Origin: Porticoccaceae bacterium
Lineage (GTDB): Bacteria > Pseudomonadota > Gammaproteobacteria > Pseudomonadales > Porticoccaceae
NCBI GenBank assembly: GCA_029254005.1
Contig: JAQWYJ010000013.1
Span: forward strand, 23,630-87,629
Reading direction: 5' to 3'
DNA: 64,000 nucleotides
The number at the start of each line of letters is the position of its first letter. The stretch's first letter is position 1. Positions 39,944 to 51,230 of this stretch are shown here, in pieces. Position numbers and translations under genes: made by a program. The notes below the pieces were generated by a model. The model saw nothing but the letters and a program-made list of their open reading frames with translations, was not told the origin of the DNA and ran no database searches.

Positions 39944-40930
39944 CTAAGTTTTTTTGTACGTCTCGATAATCTGCTGAGCAGCTACTGTAGCTGGTAAATG
40001 TCCGGCAACTACTGCAGCTTCGAGACCAGACATCATGGCATTAACGGACTCATTAGCCTTTAAATCAGTAACCAGCGCTTCTTGCATCTCGCTCCACATC
40101 CATGCTTTGGACTGTTGGGCACGCAACTGCAACTGCCTACCGTTATCAGAAGTCATCTCATTAAATCGATTCACCTCAGCCCAAATGTCAGCAATACCTT
40201 GACTATAAATAGATGAACAAGACATTACAGGTGGTTGCCAGTCATCATATTTAGTCGTCAAGAAGTGTACAGCTGAACGATAATCTGCCATTGTTTGATT
40301 AGCTAGCGCTATCTGATCGCCATCTGTCTTGTTGACCACGATTAGATCAGCGAGCTCCATAATACCTCGCTTAATACCCTGAAGCTCGTCACCACCGGCG
40401 GGTAATAACAGTAACAAAAACATATCAGTCATGTCCGCTACTGCAGTCTCTGACTGACCTACGCCCACTGTCTCAACAAGAATAATATCAAATCCAGCGG
40501 CTTCACAAAGTAAAATAGACTCTCTAGATCTGCGCGTCACACCTCCTAAGGTACGACCAGCAGGGGATGGTCTAACGAAGGCTTTCTCAGAAAAAGCCAG
40601 AGTTTCCATACGAGTCTTATCTCCCAATATAGATCCACCAGTGATCGCTGAAGAAGGATCAACCGCTAGTACCGCCACAGAATGACCTAGGTTAATAAGA
40701 TAGGTCCCCAAAGCCTCAATAAAAGTAGACTTACCGACGCCGGGTGCACCAGAAATACCTAAACGAATAGACCTTCCAGACTGAGGCATCAACATCTCTA
40801 ATAAGGTTGAGGTCTGCTGATGATGCTCTGGTCGAGTTGACTCAACTAAAGTAATCGCCTTGGCCAAGGCACGTCGGTCACCACTAAGGATATTGTCTGC
40901 TAAAGCCTTAATCTGCTCCGCCGTTAACAT
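39944..40930 (-). CDS. meaB: Methylmalonyl-CoA mutase-associated GTPase
   Basis: GISGAPGVGKST, LAVDPSS, GGSILGDKTRM, VETVGVGQSE, QGIKRGIME. Confidence 0.95.
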   Translation of the reverse strand: MLTAEQIKALADNILSGDRRALAKAITLVESTRPEHHQQTSTLLEMLMPQSGRSIRLGISGAPGVGKSTFIEALGTYLINLGHSVAVLAVDPSSAITGGSILGDKTRMETLAFSEKAFVRPSPAGRTLGGVTRRSRESILLCEAAGFDIILVETVGVGQSETAVADMTDMFLLLLLPAGGDELQGIKRGIMELADLIVVNKTDGDQIALANQTMADYRSAVHFLTTKYDDWQPPVMSCSSIYSQGIADIWAEVNRFNEMTSDNGRQLQLRAQQSKAWMWSEMQEALVTDLKANESVNAMMSGLEAAVVAGHLPATVAAQQIIETYKKT

Positions 40931-40936
40931 ATATCT

Positions 40937-42919
40937 TTACTCGAACTCTACAATAATTTGATCTACTACCAAACTATCACCTTGGGCAGCACTGATCTTA
41001 GCGACAATACCATCTTGCACAGCACGCAAGCTATTTTCCATTTTCATAGCCTCCACAACAGCCAGCTCCTCGCCCTCTTTAACCTCTTGACCTGTAGTTA
41101 CTGACAGCTTAACTAACAGACCAGGCATTGGAGATAAAAGGAACTTAGACATGTCTGTAGGTTCCTTGTAGAGCATATGCGACATCAATGCCGCTGCAGA
41201 GGGCTTTATTACCTGTGCACAAATTTCAGCTCCTCGATAAATAAGCCGATATCCATTAGCCACGCTCTCAACTTGCAAGGCAATCATGTCACCATTAATC
41301 GTCGCTTCAAACAGAGGTTCACCAATGCTCCAGTCACTAATGATCTCATAATCATTCTCAGAGTAGTCTACCCAGTAACCTCGTTCAGTTAAATCCACTG
41401 ACACTACGTGTTGTTGATTATTAATACTAACCACCCACTGGTTAGGTGCCGGCATCGCATAGCCAGCCATTTGATCAGATAACAAACTGGTTCGTTCAGA
41501 ATGCAATTGGTGTACTGCCGCGGCCACTATGACAATAATCTCCGGGTCTTGCTGAACAACCAAATCAGTATTAAAACCATCGGGAAATTCGTCCGCGATA
41601 AAGTTAGTAGTTAAGGTACCTTTTAAAAACCGGGGATGCACCATAAGTGCATTTAAAAAGCTGATATTGTGATTAACACCTCGAATGTAGTAGCGATCTA
41701 GCGCACTTACCATTCGGTCAATAGCGTGGCGACGATCTTTACCATAAGTAATCAACTTGGCAATCATAGGATCATAAAACATTGACACTTCACCGCCTTC
41801 ATAGACACCTGTGTCCACACGAATTCCTTCGCCTTTAGGTGGAGAGTACTTTACCAAGCGACCAGTAGAAGGTAAAAAATTACGAAATGGATCCTCAGCA
41901 TAAATCCGTGACTCCATAGCCCAGCCTGTCAATCTAATATCCTCTTGACGTAGCGATAATTTTTCTCCTGCGGCAATCCTAATCATAAGTTCAACTAAAT
42001 CTTGCCCTGTGACTAATTCCGTCACTGGATGTTCCACCTGCAAACGCGTATTCATCTCTAAGAAATAGAAGTTCATATCAGCATCCGCGATAAATTCAAC
42101 GGTTCCTGCTGACTGGTAATCAACAGCTATTGCCAAAGCACAACTCTGTTCACCCATTTTTTGACGAGTAGTTTCATCCAGAAAAGGCGATGGCGCCTCT
42201 TCAATAACTTTCTGATGTCGGCGCTGAATTGAACACTCTCGCTCGCCTAAATAGAGCACAGTACCATGGCCATCTGCGATTATCTGTATTTCGATATGTC
42301 GCGGTTGTTGGATATATTTTTCAAGAAAGATACGGGTATCACCGAAGCTAGAACGCGCCTCATTGGTGGCTTTTTCAAAACCATCCCGGCATTCGGTTTC
42401 ATTCCAAGCAACCCGCATCCCTTTACCACCGCCCCCAGCTGAGGCTTTTAGCATTACTGGATAACCTATACCTGCGCTAATCTTAAGCGCATGTTGCGCA
42501 TCACGAACTACATCGGTGTAGCCTGGGATGGTGCTCACCCCAGCTTTCTCAGCAATTAATTTTGAGGTGATTTTATCGCCCATAGATTGAATAGCATGCT
42601 TGCCAGGACCTATAAAAATAATACCTGCCCTATCAAGCGCATCACGAAAATCGCTATTCTCTGATAAAAAGCCATAACCGGGGTGCACCGCATCTGCACC
42701 TGTATCTAAACAAGCTTGAACAATGTTTTCGATAACCAAATAACTTTGAGCAGATACTGAAGGGCCTATATACACCGCCTCATCTGCCATTTGTACGTGC
42801 AGTGCGTCTTGATCGGCATCCGAGTATACAGCGACCGTTGCGATACCCATTTTTTTTGCCGTAGTAAATACACGGCAGGCAATTTCGCCACGATTAGCCA
42901 CTAGAATTTTTGTTAACAT
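40937..42919 (-). CDS. pccA: Propionyl-CoA carboxylase alpha (biotin carboxylase plus biotin carrier)
   Basis: ANRGEIACR, HPGYGFLSEN, RECSIQRRHQK, EMNTRLQVEHPVTE, biotinyl motif EAMKMEN. Confidence 0.93.
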   Translation of the reverse strand: MLTKILVANRGEIACRVFTTAKKMGIATVAVYSDADQDALHVQMADEAVYIGPSVSAQSYLVIENIVQACLDTGADAVHPGYGFLSENSDFRDALDRAGIIFIGPGKHAIQSMGDKITSKLIAEKAGVSTIPGYTDVVRDAQHALKISAGIGYPVMLKASAGGGGKGMRVAWNETECRDGFEKATNEARSSFGDTRIFLEKYIQQPRHIEIQIIADGHGTVLYLGERECSIQRRHQKVIEEAPSPFLDETTRQKMGEQSCALAIAVDYQSAGTVEFIADADMNFYFLEMNTRLQVEHPVTELVTGQDLVELMIRIAAGEKLSLRQEDIRLTGWAMESRIYAEDPFRNFLPSTGRLVKYSPPKGEGIRVDTGVYEGGEVSMFYDPMIAKLITYGKDRRHAIDRMVSALDRYYIRGVNHNISFLNALMVHPRFLKGTLTTNFIADEFPDGFNTDLVVQQDPEIIVIVAAAVHQLHSERTSLLSDQMAGYAMPAPNQWVVSINNQQHVVSVDLTERGYWVDYSENDYEIISDWSIGEPLFEATINGDMIALQVESVANGYRLIYRGAEICAQVIKPSAAALMSHMLYKEPTDMSKFLLSPMPGLLVKLSVTTGQEVKEGEELAVVEAMKMENSLRAVQDGIVAKISAAQGDSLVVDQIIVEFE

Positions 42920-42946
42920 AATTTTTACTATCTACCGTTAATCACT

Positions 42947-44479
42947 TTAAAGGGGAATATTGCCGTGTTTTCGCCATGGATTCTCCACTGACTTATTACG
43001 TAACATAGCCAAGGATCTAGCAACCCGCTTGCGAGTGCTATGGGGCATGATCACATCATCAATGTATCCGCGTTTACCAGCAATAAAAGGATTAGCAAAT
43101 TTCTGTCTGTATTCCTCAGTGCGGGCTGCAATTTTCTTTTCATCACCAATATCTTTTCGGAAAATAATTTCAACTGCACCTTTGGGTCCCATCACCGCAA
43201 TTTCAGCGGTGGGCCACGCCAAATTGACATCGCCTCGCAAATGTTTAGATGCCATTACATCGTACGCACCACCATAGGCTTTGCGGGTAATAACGGTCAC
43301 TTTAGGCACAGTACATTCAGCATAGGCATAGAGTAATTTAGCACCGTGTTTAATGATCCCACCATACTCCTGACTAGTACCTGGCATAAAGCCTGGCACA
43401 TCGACAAAGGTCAGGATAGAAATATTAAAGGCATCACAAAATCGAATAAATCGCGCAGCTTTTTTTGACGCATCTATGTCTAGACAACCAGCCAAAACCA
43501 TCGGTTGATTAGCAACTACTCCAACGGTTGATCCCTCTATACGAATAAACCCAGTTATAATATTTTTAGCATAATTCACTTGAGTTTCGAAAAAAGCACC
43601 TTCATCGGCAACTTTTAGAATAGCTTCTTTCATATCATAAGGCTTGTTAGGATCAGCAGGCACAAGCGTGTCTAAGGACATTTCAATACGATCAGCAGAA
43701 TCCTCTGTTGGCCACACTGGTGGCTTTTCTTGATTATTAGCCGGCAGATAATTAAAAAATTGCCTTACTTTCTCAAGCGCTTCAATATCGTTAGCAAATG
43801 CTAAGTCTGCTACCCCTGATTTAGAAGAATGAGTAACTGCACCCCCTAACTCTTCAGCCGAAACCGTTTCATGAGTGACCGTTTTTACTACACCAGGACC
43901 GGTAACAAACATGTAGGAACTATCTTCCACCATGAAGATAAAATCGGTAATGGCAGGCGAATACACAGCACCACCTGCACATGGACCCATTACCATAGAG
44001 ATTTGGGGTATAACTCCTGAAGCCATGACATTGCGCTGAAAAACTTCTGCGTAACCCCCTAGAGAGGCGACACCTTCTTGTATTCGTGCTCCGCCAGAAT
44101 CATTTAGACCAATAATAGGCGCACCCACTTTCATCGCTTGATCCATCACTTTACAGATTTTCTCTGCATGAGCTTCAGATAAAGCACCACCAAAAACCGT
44201 AAAATCTTGACTAAAGACAAACACTAATCGTCCATTAATTGTGCCATAACCAGTCACTACTCCATCGCCAGGAATGTGCTGTTTGTCCATATCAAAATCG
44301 CTACAACGATGTTCAACAAACATATCCCACTCGTCAAAACTATTGTCATCGAGTAGCAACTCAACTCTTTCACGAGCAGTTAACTTACCTTTGGCGTGCT
44401 GTGCATCGATTCTCTTTTGTCCACCGCCCAGGTGAGCTAAATGTCTCTTTTTATTTAATTGTTCAATAATTTCTTTCAT
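42947..44479 (-). CDS. pccB: Propionyl-CoA carboxylase beta (carboxyltransferase)
   Basis: [43 protein letters not shown], ending KHGNIPL. Confidence 0.95.
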   Translation of the reverse strand: MKEIIEQLNKKRHLAHLGGGQKRIDAQHAKGKLTARERVELLLDDNSFDEWDMFVEHRCSDFDMDKQHIPGDGVVTGYGTINGRLVFVFSQDFTVFGGALSEAHAEKICKVMDQAMKVGAPIIGLNDSGGARIQEGVASLGGYAEVFQRNVMASGVIPQISMVMGPCAGGAVYSPAITDFIFMVEDSSYMFVTGPGVVKTVTHETVSAEELGGAVTHSSKSGVADLAFANDIEALEKVRQFFNYLPANNQEKPPVWPTEDSADRIEMSLDTLVPADPNKPYDMKEAILKVADEGAFFETQVNYAKNIITGFIRIEGSTVGVVANQPMVLAGCLDIDASKKAARFIRFCDAFNISILTFVDVPGFMPGTSQEYGGIIKHGAKLLYAYAECTVPKVTVITRKAYGGAYDVMASKHLRGDVNLAWPTAEIAVMGPKGAVEIIFRKDIGDEKKIAARTEEYRQKFANPFIAGKRGYIDDVIMPHSTRKRVARSLAMLRNKSVENPWRKHGNIPL

Positions 44480-44503
44480 TCACTCGTCTCCTAGAAACCC
44501 TTT

Positions 44504-46639
44504 CTATTGGATAAGATCTAAGACATGTGCCGCAGCATCAGGAATGTTAGTTCCAGGTCCAAAAATTGCGGCTACACCCTGTGCAGTCAACTCATCGTAA
44601 TCTTTTGGCGGAATGACGCCACCGCAAATCACTAGAATTTCACTAGCTCCCTGCTCTTTAAGACACTCTATCATTTTTGGCACCAAAGTTTTATGCCCGG
44701 CTGCCTGAGAAGATACACCCACAACATGCACGTCATTCTCAATAGCCTGACGAGCGGCCTCTGCCGGAGTTTGGAACATCGGTCCGACATCTACGTCAAA
44801 ACCCAGATCAGCAAACGCAGTGGCAATTACTTTAGCGCCCCGATCATGCCCATCTTGACCCATTTTTACTACCAACATTCGAGGCCGCCGTCCCTGTTGT
44901 TTAGCAAATTGTTCCACTTTTGATTTAATTTTCATGAATTCCTCATCATCTTCATAGGCAGACCCATAAACACCACTAATAGATCGGGATTGTGCACGAT
45001 GACGTCCCCATACTTCCTCTAATGCATCACTTATCTCACCCACAGTAGCACGTGCACGGGCTGCACTCACGGCCAACTCCAACAAGTTACCTTCACCTGT
45101 TTGCGCTGCATCTTTTAATCTATCAATAGATTGCTGCCAAAGATCTGTATCTCTTGAGTCACGAAGGATATTTAGTCGCTGAATTTGGGCGTCTCTAACC
45201 AGAGTATTATCAATGTCTAAGACATCAACATCAGGTTCTTCAGCCAACTGATATTTATTGACCCCAACAATAACATCCTTACCCAAATCTACTGCAGCTT
45301 GTCGTAATGCCGCTGCTTCTTCAATCCTGAGTTTAGGTAGTCCTGACTCAACTGCCTTAGTCATACCACCCAAGGCTTCAACTTCATCAATCAGCACCAT
45401 TGCTGAATCAACCAAGTCACTGGTCAGGCTTTCCACATAATAGGAACCTGCTAATGGATCAACTACATTAGTAATACCAGTTTCTTCCTGAATAACCAAC
45501 TGAGTGTTACGCGCTATTCTGGCAGAGAATTCTGTCGGTAACCCCAAGGCTTCATCAAAGGAGTTGGTATGCAGCGACTGGGTACCACCTAAGACCGCAG
45601 AAAGACCCTCAATCGTAGTTCGCATAATATTGTTATAAGGATCCTTACTAGTAAGACTAACGCCTGAAGTCTGGGTATGGGTGCGCAACATTAAAGAGCG
45701 TTTATCTTTTGGCGAGAACTTTTTTTCCATCAGAGTTGCCCACAGTATTCGGGCCGCCCTTAGTTTTGAAATTTCCATAAAGAAATTCATACCAATGGCG
45801 AAGAAGAATGACAAACGAGGTGCAAATTGGTCAACATCCATACCGCTGGCAATGGCCGTACGAACATATTCAATGCCATCAGCAATGGTATAAGCAAGTT
45901 CTTGAACATTAGTGGCGCCCGCTTCTTGCATATGGTAGCCAGAAATCGAAATAGAATTAAACTTAGGCATACGCGCCGTTGTGTAGGCGATAATGTCTGA
46001 GACAATCCTCATCGAGGGTGCTGGTGGATATATATAGGTGTTGCGCACCATAAACTCTTTAAGAATATCATTTTGCAAAGTGCCCGCAAGCTGCTCAGGT
46101 ACAACACCCTGCTCTTCGGCAGCAACAATAAAACTAGCCATAACGGGCAATACAGCACCATTCATGGTCATTGATACCGACACTTTTTCTAGGGGAATCT
46201 TATCAAAAAGAATTTTCATATCTTCAACAGAGTCAATTGCCACGCCAGCTTTGCCGACATCGCCTTCAACTCGCTCATGATCTGAATCATAGCCTCGGTG
46301 TGTAGCTAAATCAAAAGCCACAGAAAGGCCCTGCTGACCTGCAGCTAGATTTTTCCTGTAAAACGCATTGGATTTTTCAGCTGTAGAAAATCCCGCATAC
46401 TGGCGAACAGTCCACGGTCTACCAGCATACATGGAAGCCTTGGGGCCACGCTTAAATGGTGCGAAACCTGGTAAATTATCCATGTGCTTAAGGTCTTTGA
46501 TATCCTCAGCTGTGTATAACGGCTTGATGGCTATACCCTCTGGCGTTTGCCATACCAACTCCTCTACCGAGCGACCTTTAGTCTCTTTTTCGACCAATGT
46601 TTGCCACTCTTTGATAGCAGGCTCTTTTTTATCAGTCAT
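44504..46639 (-). CDS. scpA: Methylmalonyl-CoA mutase (B12-dependent)
   Basis: [42 protein letters not shown]12 motif [13 protein letters not shown] 46639 preferred. Confidence 0.96.
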   Translation of the reverse strand: MTDKKEPAIKEWQTLVEKETKGRSVEELVWQTPEGIAIKPLYTAEDIKDLKHMDNLPGFAPFKRGPKASMYAGRPWTVRQYAGFSTAEKSNAFYRKNLAAGQQGLSVAFDLATHRGYDSDHERVEGDVGKAGVAIDSVEDMKILFDKIPLEKVSVSMTMNGAVLPVMASFIVAAEEQGVVPEQLAGTLQNDILKEFMVRNTYIYPPAPSMRIVSDIIAYTTARMPKFNSISISGYHMQEAGATNVQELAYTIADGIEYVRTAIASGMDVDQFAPRLSFFFAIGMNFFMEISKLRAARILWATLMEKKFSPKDKRSLMLRTHTQTSGVSLTSKDPYNNIMRTTIEGLSAVLGGTQSLHTNSFDEALGLPTEFSARIARNTQLVIQEETGITNVVDPLAGSYYVESLTSDLVDSAMVLIDEVEALGGMTKAVESGLPKLRIEEAAALRQAAVDLGKDVIVGVNKYQLAEEPDVDVLDIDNTLVRDAQIQRLNILRDSRDTDLWQQSIDRLKDAAQTGEGNLLELAVSAARARATVGEISDALEEVWGRHRAQSRSISGVYGSAYEDDEEFMKIKSKVEQFAKQQGRRPRMLVVKMGQDGHDRGAKVIATAFADLGFDVDVGPMFQTPAEAARQAIENDVHVVGVSSQAAGHKTLVPKMIECLKEQGASEILVICGGVIPPKDYDELTAQGVAAIFGPGTNIPDAAAHVLDLIQ

Positions 46640-46750
46640 CACACTTCCACCTTTTGGCATCCTATTGACTAACGTATCTTAGCCATTTTTTGAGAATACA
46701 CTATGCCGTACTCACCACCCTAATAGTAGGTCCATTTACAACAATAAAAA

Positions 46751-46796
46751 GCACATTTATTGACATATAAAGTGTAAAATAGCGTCAATAAAGTGC
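46751..46796. promoter_or_regulatory. Candidate operator between the mutase operon and the AraC regulator
   Basis: GCACATTTATTGAC-N19-GTCAATAAAGTGC near-perfect inverted repeat in the divergent promoter region. Confidence 0.5.
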
Positions 46797-46839
46797 ATTA
46801 ACTCACCATTATTATAATTCTACTGACTGGAAAGAGCCT

Positions 46840-47844
46840 ATGGCGACTATTTGCCAACATCATGTTATTGCCTGCCTGCATGGTATACGTTTGCGAAATC
46901 TATCTCAAAAACCCATTCTAGAGCGTGCAGGTATCAATCCTAACCGTTTAAATAAACAAGATCAGCGCGAACATACCGACCAAGTTGCTCGACTATTTAA
47001 AGGCGTACAAACCACACTAAATGACGAGTTCATGGGGTTTACGAAAAACCCCTGCAAGGTAGGCCTGTTTGCAACTATGAGTGAACTGGTTAGTCGTTGC
47101 TCCACCCTTGGAGAGCTTTTACAAAAAGCGGTAAATTTTTACAATCTTGTGAGTAACGATATCCCCATGAGTTTTGAGATAAAACAAGACAGAGCAATTA
47201 TCCAATTCACAATGGCTAGCCCAGCGCATGACCCAGAAAACTTTATGGCTGAGTTTTGGCTAGTCATATGGCATCGCTTTCCTAGCTGGTATATCGGTGA
47301 ACCGATTCGATTAGAAGCCACATATTTTACCTTTATCGAACCTAAGCATATAGCCGAACTAGAGATAATGTTTCCCTGCCAATTGCATTTTAGCAGTCCG
47401 ACCAACAGCCTTGTTTTTCACACTCAGTATTTGGATAAACCCTTGGTTAGATCTGATCAGGAATTATCGAGATATCTAGAAAATGCACCAGCGGATGTGA
47501 TGACTATTCCTGGTTCAAACACCCTATTAGAGGCGCAAATAGAGCGTATAATTTCGCAAAGGGATGCCAACAGATTAATCTTTGGTTCCATTCATGAACT
47601 TGCTTCGGAGCTTGGCATGAGTTCCCAAACTCTACATCGTCGACTCAAGGAAAGTGCGACGAGTTACCAGAAAATAAAAGATAATCTGAGACGTAAACTT
47701 GCCATCACAAAGCTCATAAATGAAAAGTTGTCCGTGGAACAGGTCTCAGATGCCGTAGGCTTTAGTGAGCCACGATCATTCACTCGAGCTTTTAAACACT
47801 GGACCGGATTAACACCACGAGAATATTGCAAACAGACTATTTAG
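46840..47844 (+). CDS. AraC-family transcriptional regulator
   Basis: C-terminal double HTH (LASELGMSSQTLHRRLKE; VGFSEPRSFTRAFKHWTGLTPREY). Confidence 0.92.
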   Translation: MATICQHHVIACLHGIRLRNLSQKPILERAGINPNRLNKQDQREHTDQVARLFKGVQTTLNDEFMGFTKNPCKVGLFATMSELVSRCSTLGELLQKAVNFYNLVSNDIPMSFEIKQDRAIIQFTMASPAHDPENFMAEFWLVIWHRFPSWYIGEPIRLEATYFTFIEPKHIAELEIMFPCQLHFSSPTNSLVFHTQYLDKPLVRSDQELSRYLENAPADVMTIPGSNTLLEAQIERIISQRDANRLIFGSIHELASELGMSSQTLHRRLKESATSYQKIKDNLRRKLAITKLINEKLSVEQVSDAVGFSEPRSFTRAFKHWTGLTPREYCKQTI

Positions 47845-48349
47845 TAAGCCACATCACAAAAATATATGGCAGTTTTAGCTGAGACTGAAAATTTAAAATT
47901 ATACGCTTCACCATTTGTACCCACAGCGGCCCTTAACGTCTACTATTTTGGCACTTGGACTTTAACACCTCAGTAATTAGGTGTATGGGGCACACCAGCA
48001 CGGAGTTAAAATTTCAAGATATTGATCGAATACACATTTATGGTGATGGTGGCAGTAAAACTGAAAAACAGTATCAAGTAGCTTGGGCGGTTTGGCGTAT
48101 CAAAACCCTCGAATTCTGGGCTACAGATTGAAGTTCCCCGATACTGCAAAACTTATCAATTTCAAGCTACTTAGCACTATTTGAAAATAAAGCGATTCAA
48201 AATACAGCGGTAATATTTAAGATAGGTCCTTGCGACTGCGTAAATTATATTGAGCATCTAAAAATTCAAGAGACACATGGAGTCCCTTTAGATCACAAAA
48301 TTTACAGTCTTTATATTTTAAAGACCCTTATGTAATCTCTATGAGACAA

Positions 48350-48655
48350 TTACCTATGAATACAAAGTATTTGCCAACCATTCTTGGCAAGATAACTAAT
48401 GGCCGATGAAATAAAGAATGCAGGACCAACAAAAGATCAATCACTTGTTTGTATATTATGATCTCTTTGTATGGAGCAAACCAAAATATTTACTATTTGA
48501 GACGAAACCACACCGTATATCTTTCTTACTAAGGCCGCTATTAAAAGGGATCCTGCGTATACCTTTGTAGCGCCAATAAAGTATATAACCATAAACAAAT
48601 AGGCTTGCTGGTCTACCCAAAGTGTGGTGGGTAGACCGTCGATATTGCTAGCCAT
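48350..48655 (-). pseudogene. Probable remnant of a small membrane protein, possibly DoxX-like
   Basis: Hydrophobic frame continues through a TGA at 48437-48439 (..QTSD*SFVGPAFFISSAISYLAKNGW..); the family resemblance is weak. Confidence 0.3.
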
Positions 48656-50030
48656 TTAGTTCGCTTTTTTTCGGCGAAAAAACATTGATACCACATAAAG
48701 CAACGATAACAATAATACCAACAAGCAAACCCAACCAAGGCTCAAAAACACTAAAAGCCATTGCAGTTATAACCATTGCTCCTCGCTCTGTCGCATCATG
48801 GACTAGCGACAGAGCCAATGTGGCGCATGCGAATGCTGTCAGTACCAGAGTAACAGCCAGCGCCAACGGAAGTAATGGTTCTAATAGCGTCACAAAAGGC
48901 AGAATTACAAACAATAGAGGCAATCCAAATGCGTAAAAACTGCCGATACTGTCAAAGATTGAATCAACTTTGTCTCGACCCTCTGACCATCCTTTCAATA
49001 ACACAACTTGAATACCCGTCCACAATACACCCTGTGTAGCAAAGAATGGAGCGACAATGCTCATCAACACGTTCCTAATACCAGTAGCCATATGAGCTCG
49101 AGAACTATCTAACTCGAGCGTCTCATCGACACGTGATGGCTGAACCTGCTCGATCATCTCATTACCAGTAACCAAATCTCCAAAAAATAAAATATAAGTA
49201 ATAAGCGCTAAGGGAAATGAGGACACAAAGGTTTCTACGGGCGGCCAACCAATAGCAAAAGGTGACGCTTTTGCCCATAAAGACGCCGTAGCTGAACCTA
49301 CATCTAAAATTTCCCAACGAATATTGTATTGAAATTCCCCGGTAAAATAGCCAACGGTACCGGCTACCAAAAAACCCGGGAGCAAGCCCAAGCCTAGAAG
49401 CTTGAGCAACCACACCTTGTCAGCAGCATAAGCCTGTAAGGGCTTAGAAAAAGCAAAAACTAAACAAATCAAAACCCCTAGGGTACCTGCAATTGGCGCA
49501 GATTGAAAAACATTGGCTGCATCGCCGTCTTTAGTAACACGCAAAAAGGCGGCCACAGCAGCGCCCAGTATAATCCCACCCTTAAAAACATTAGGAACTA
49601 TATTGATTAGCTTTGCACCAAGCCCTGTGATCCCTAAAAAAATAAGAATAAAGGCGAAATTAAGTGACAAAGCGGTCATGGCTTGGAATTGAGCTATATG
49701 ATCACCCAGGTAAGCAGGCGTGGTAATAAAGGCAACTACAAAAGGAATCGCAGGTGTTAACCAACCGGGCGCATAGGGATCGCCGAAAAACATCCAAGAG
49801 AAAGAAATAAGCGTGCTATGGAACATAGCCATGGTAACAGCCTCTTCAAAGGTCAGTCCCAGTAGTGCAATAAAATAAGGCACTAGTGCCATACCTGTTG
49901 CACCCGCTACAGCAAAACCTTGCAGCATATTAGATAGTGAAAAGCGTAAATGAATAAGGGGTATCCGCATTATGAATGGACCCCATTTAAAACCCGGCTG
50001 AACATCTCCATCGATTCTTGTCTTTAGCAT
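48648..50030 (-). CDS. Polytopic membrane permease, NCS2/xanthine-uracil-vitamin C-like
   Basis: About 12 hydrophobic segments; WGPFIMRIP, PGWLTPAIP, YILFFGDLVTG motifs. Substrate unknown. Confidence 0.65.
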   Translation of the reverse strand: MLKTRIDGDVQPGFKWGPFIMRIPLIHLRFSLSNMLQGFAVAGATGMALVPYFIALLGLTFEEAVTMAMFHSTLISFSWMFFGDPYAPGWLTPAIPFVVAFITTPAYLGDHIAQFQAMTALSLNFAFILIFLGITGLGAKLINIVPNVFKGGIILGAAVAAFLRVTKDGDAANVFQSAPIAGTLGVLICLVFAFSKPLQAYAADKVWLLKLLGLGLLPGFLVAGTVGYFTGEFQYNIRWEILDVGSATASLWAKASPFAIGWPPVETFVSSFPLALITYILFFGDLVTGNEMIEQVQPSRVDETLELDSSRAHMATGIRNVLMSIVAPFFATQGVLWTGIQVVLLKGWSEGRDKVDSIFDSIGSFYAFGLPLLFVILPFVTLLEPLLPLALAVTLVLTAFACATLALSLVHDATERGAMVITAMAFSVFEPWLGLLVGIIVIVALCGINVFSPKKSELNG

Positions 50031-50372
50031 ATTTTATTCTCAGTATTTTGGCTAAATTTAAGGACATGCTCCTTCGCATGCTTTGGGTTGATCGCAGACT
50101 TAGCTGCAACCTTCTGTAGACATTCCTTGTTACTACAATAATATTTAAAGTATTTCGAAATATCTCAAGACTTAACTGGCCCTATTTGGATATTACCCTG
50201 ACCGCTGAAACCTAATAACTATATTAAGCAGTGTACCTTATATACAGTACTAACTTAAAACCAAATAACTTTTATACAGCGAGGTTAACGTTAAACTAAT
50301 CCCTTGCGATGGGTGATTAGGATGCAACTATTGACTAACATTGACTCCATCAGCGCAATGCGGATATGGACC

Positions 50373-51134
50373 ATGAAAATTCTAATAATGCTGCTGTTAC
50401 TGCTATGTAGTGCGACATCAAATGCCACCTATGTAATCCTCTAGCATAGTTTAACAAGAACCTCTAGCTCAATGAAAAATATTGAAGAAGCGCTCTTAAA
50501 CGAGGGTTTTTATCTAGTCAACAAGGGGTATCCATCACGCAAACACACTATTGAGCTACTAGCTGAGTTAGCCATTGGTCCAGCTCTTGGGTAATGCCCT
50601 CAAAACATGTCCGTCAACATCGTTACTCACTCTCTGAGAGGAATAATAGTTCGGCAATCGATAAGGAGTAAAAATATCGTAAATTTGAATCGAGTAGTTA
50701 TGCTAGCCCCACCAAATAAGGGCAGTGAGATTGTCGACAAACTTAAAGATATACTTGGCGACGGTTTTATCAATGGCGATGCTGGTTTGATTCGCGGCAC
50801 AACAGAATAAAGTACCCCAAAAATACTTTGTAAGGCTAATTTTGACCTTGGCATTATTGCCAGCACTAAAAGTAATAACTGGGCCCTGTCATTGCTTATA
50901 CCGTGCTCTGATGACGGCAAGGGATCAGTAAAAAATACTAAACTTGTGGAAATGAGTCAATACATTGAAATGCCTGTTAACCTCACGCTTGTAATGCAAA
51001 ACGAATATGTAATTGATCAAATTATTCACTACTTAAAGTATGGTAGTTTTAATACTAACCAAACTCTTAGACCGCTACTAAAACCAAAATCAAATACAGC
51101 ACATTGGGTTTATGCAATTACTCAAGATAAATAG
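50373..51134 (+). pseudogene. Alpha/beta-hydrolase (esterase/lipase) pseudogene
   Basis: One frame with signal peptide, VIL*HSL, YPSRKH, VTHSLRG, VMLAPPNKGSEIVD, DDGKGSV; in-frame stops at 50442-50444, 50592-50594 and 50808-50810. Confidence 0.88.
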
Positions 51135-51230
51135 TTTAAAGGGCGTTTGACTAAACTATAGTGACCTAATTGATGACCTTGTACAACAAACCAAGTAACC
51201 TATGCTCTTACTCTTCATTAAGATTGTGTA

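Noticed and set aside
50373-51134. Stop-codon recoding or selenoprotein next to selD
   Set aside because: The stops are TAG/TAA, not TGA; catalytic motifs are also eroded; normal genes in the window end in all three stop codons; SelD itself has Cys.
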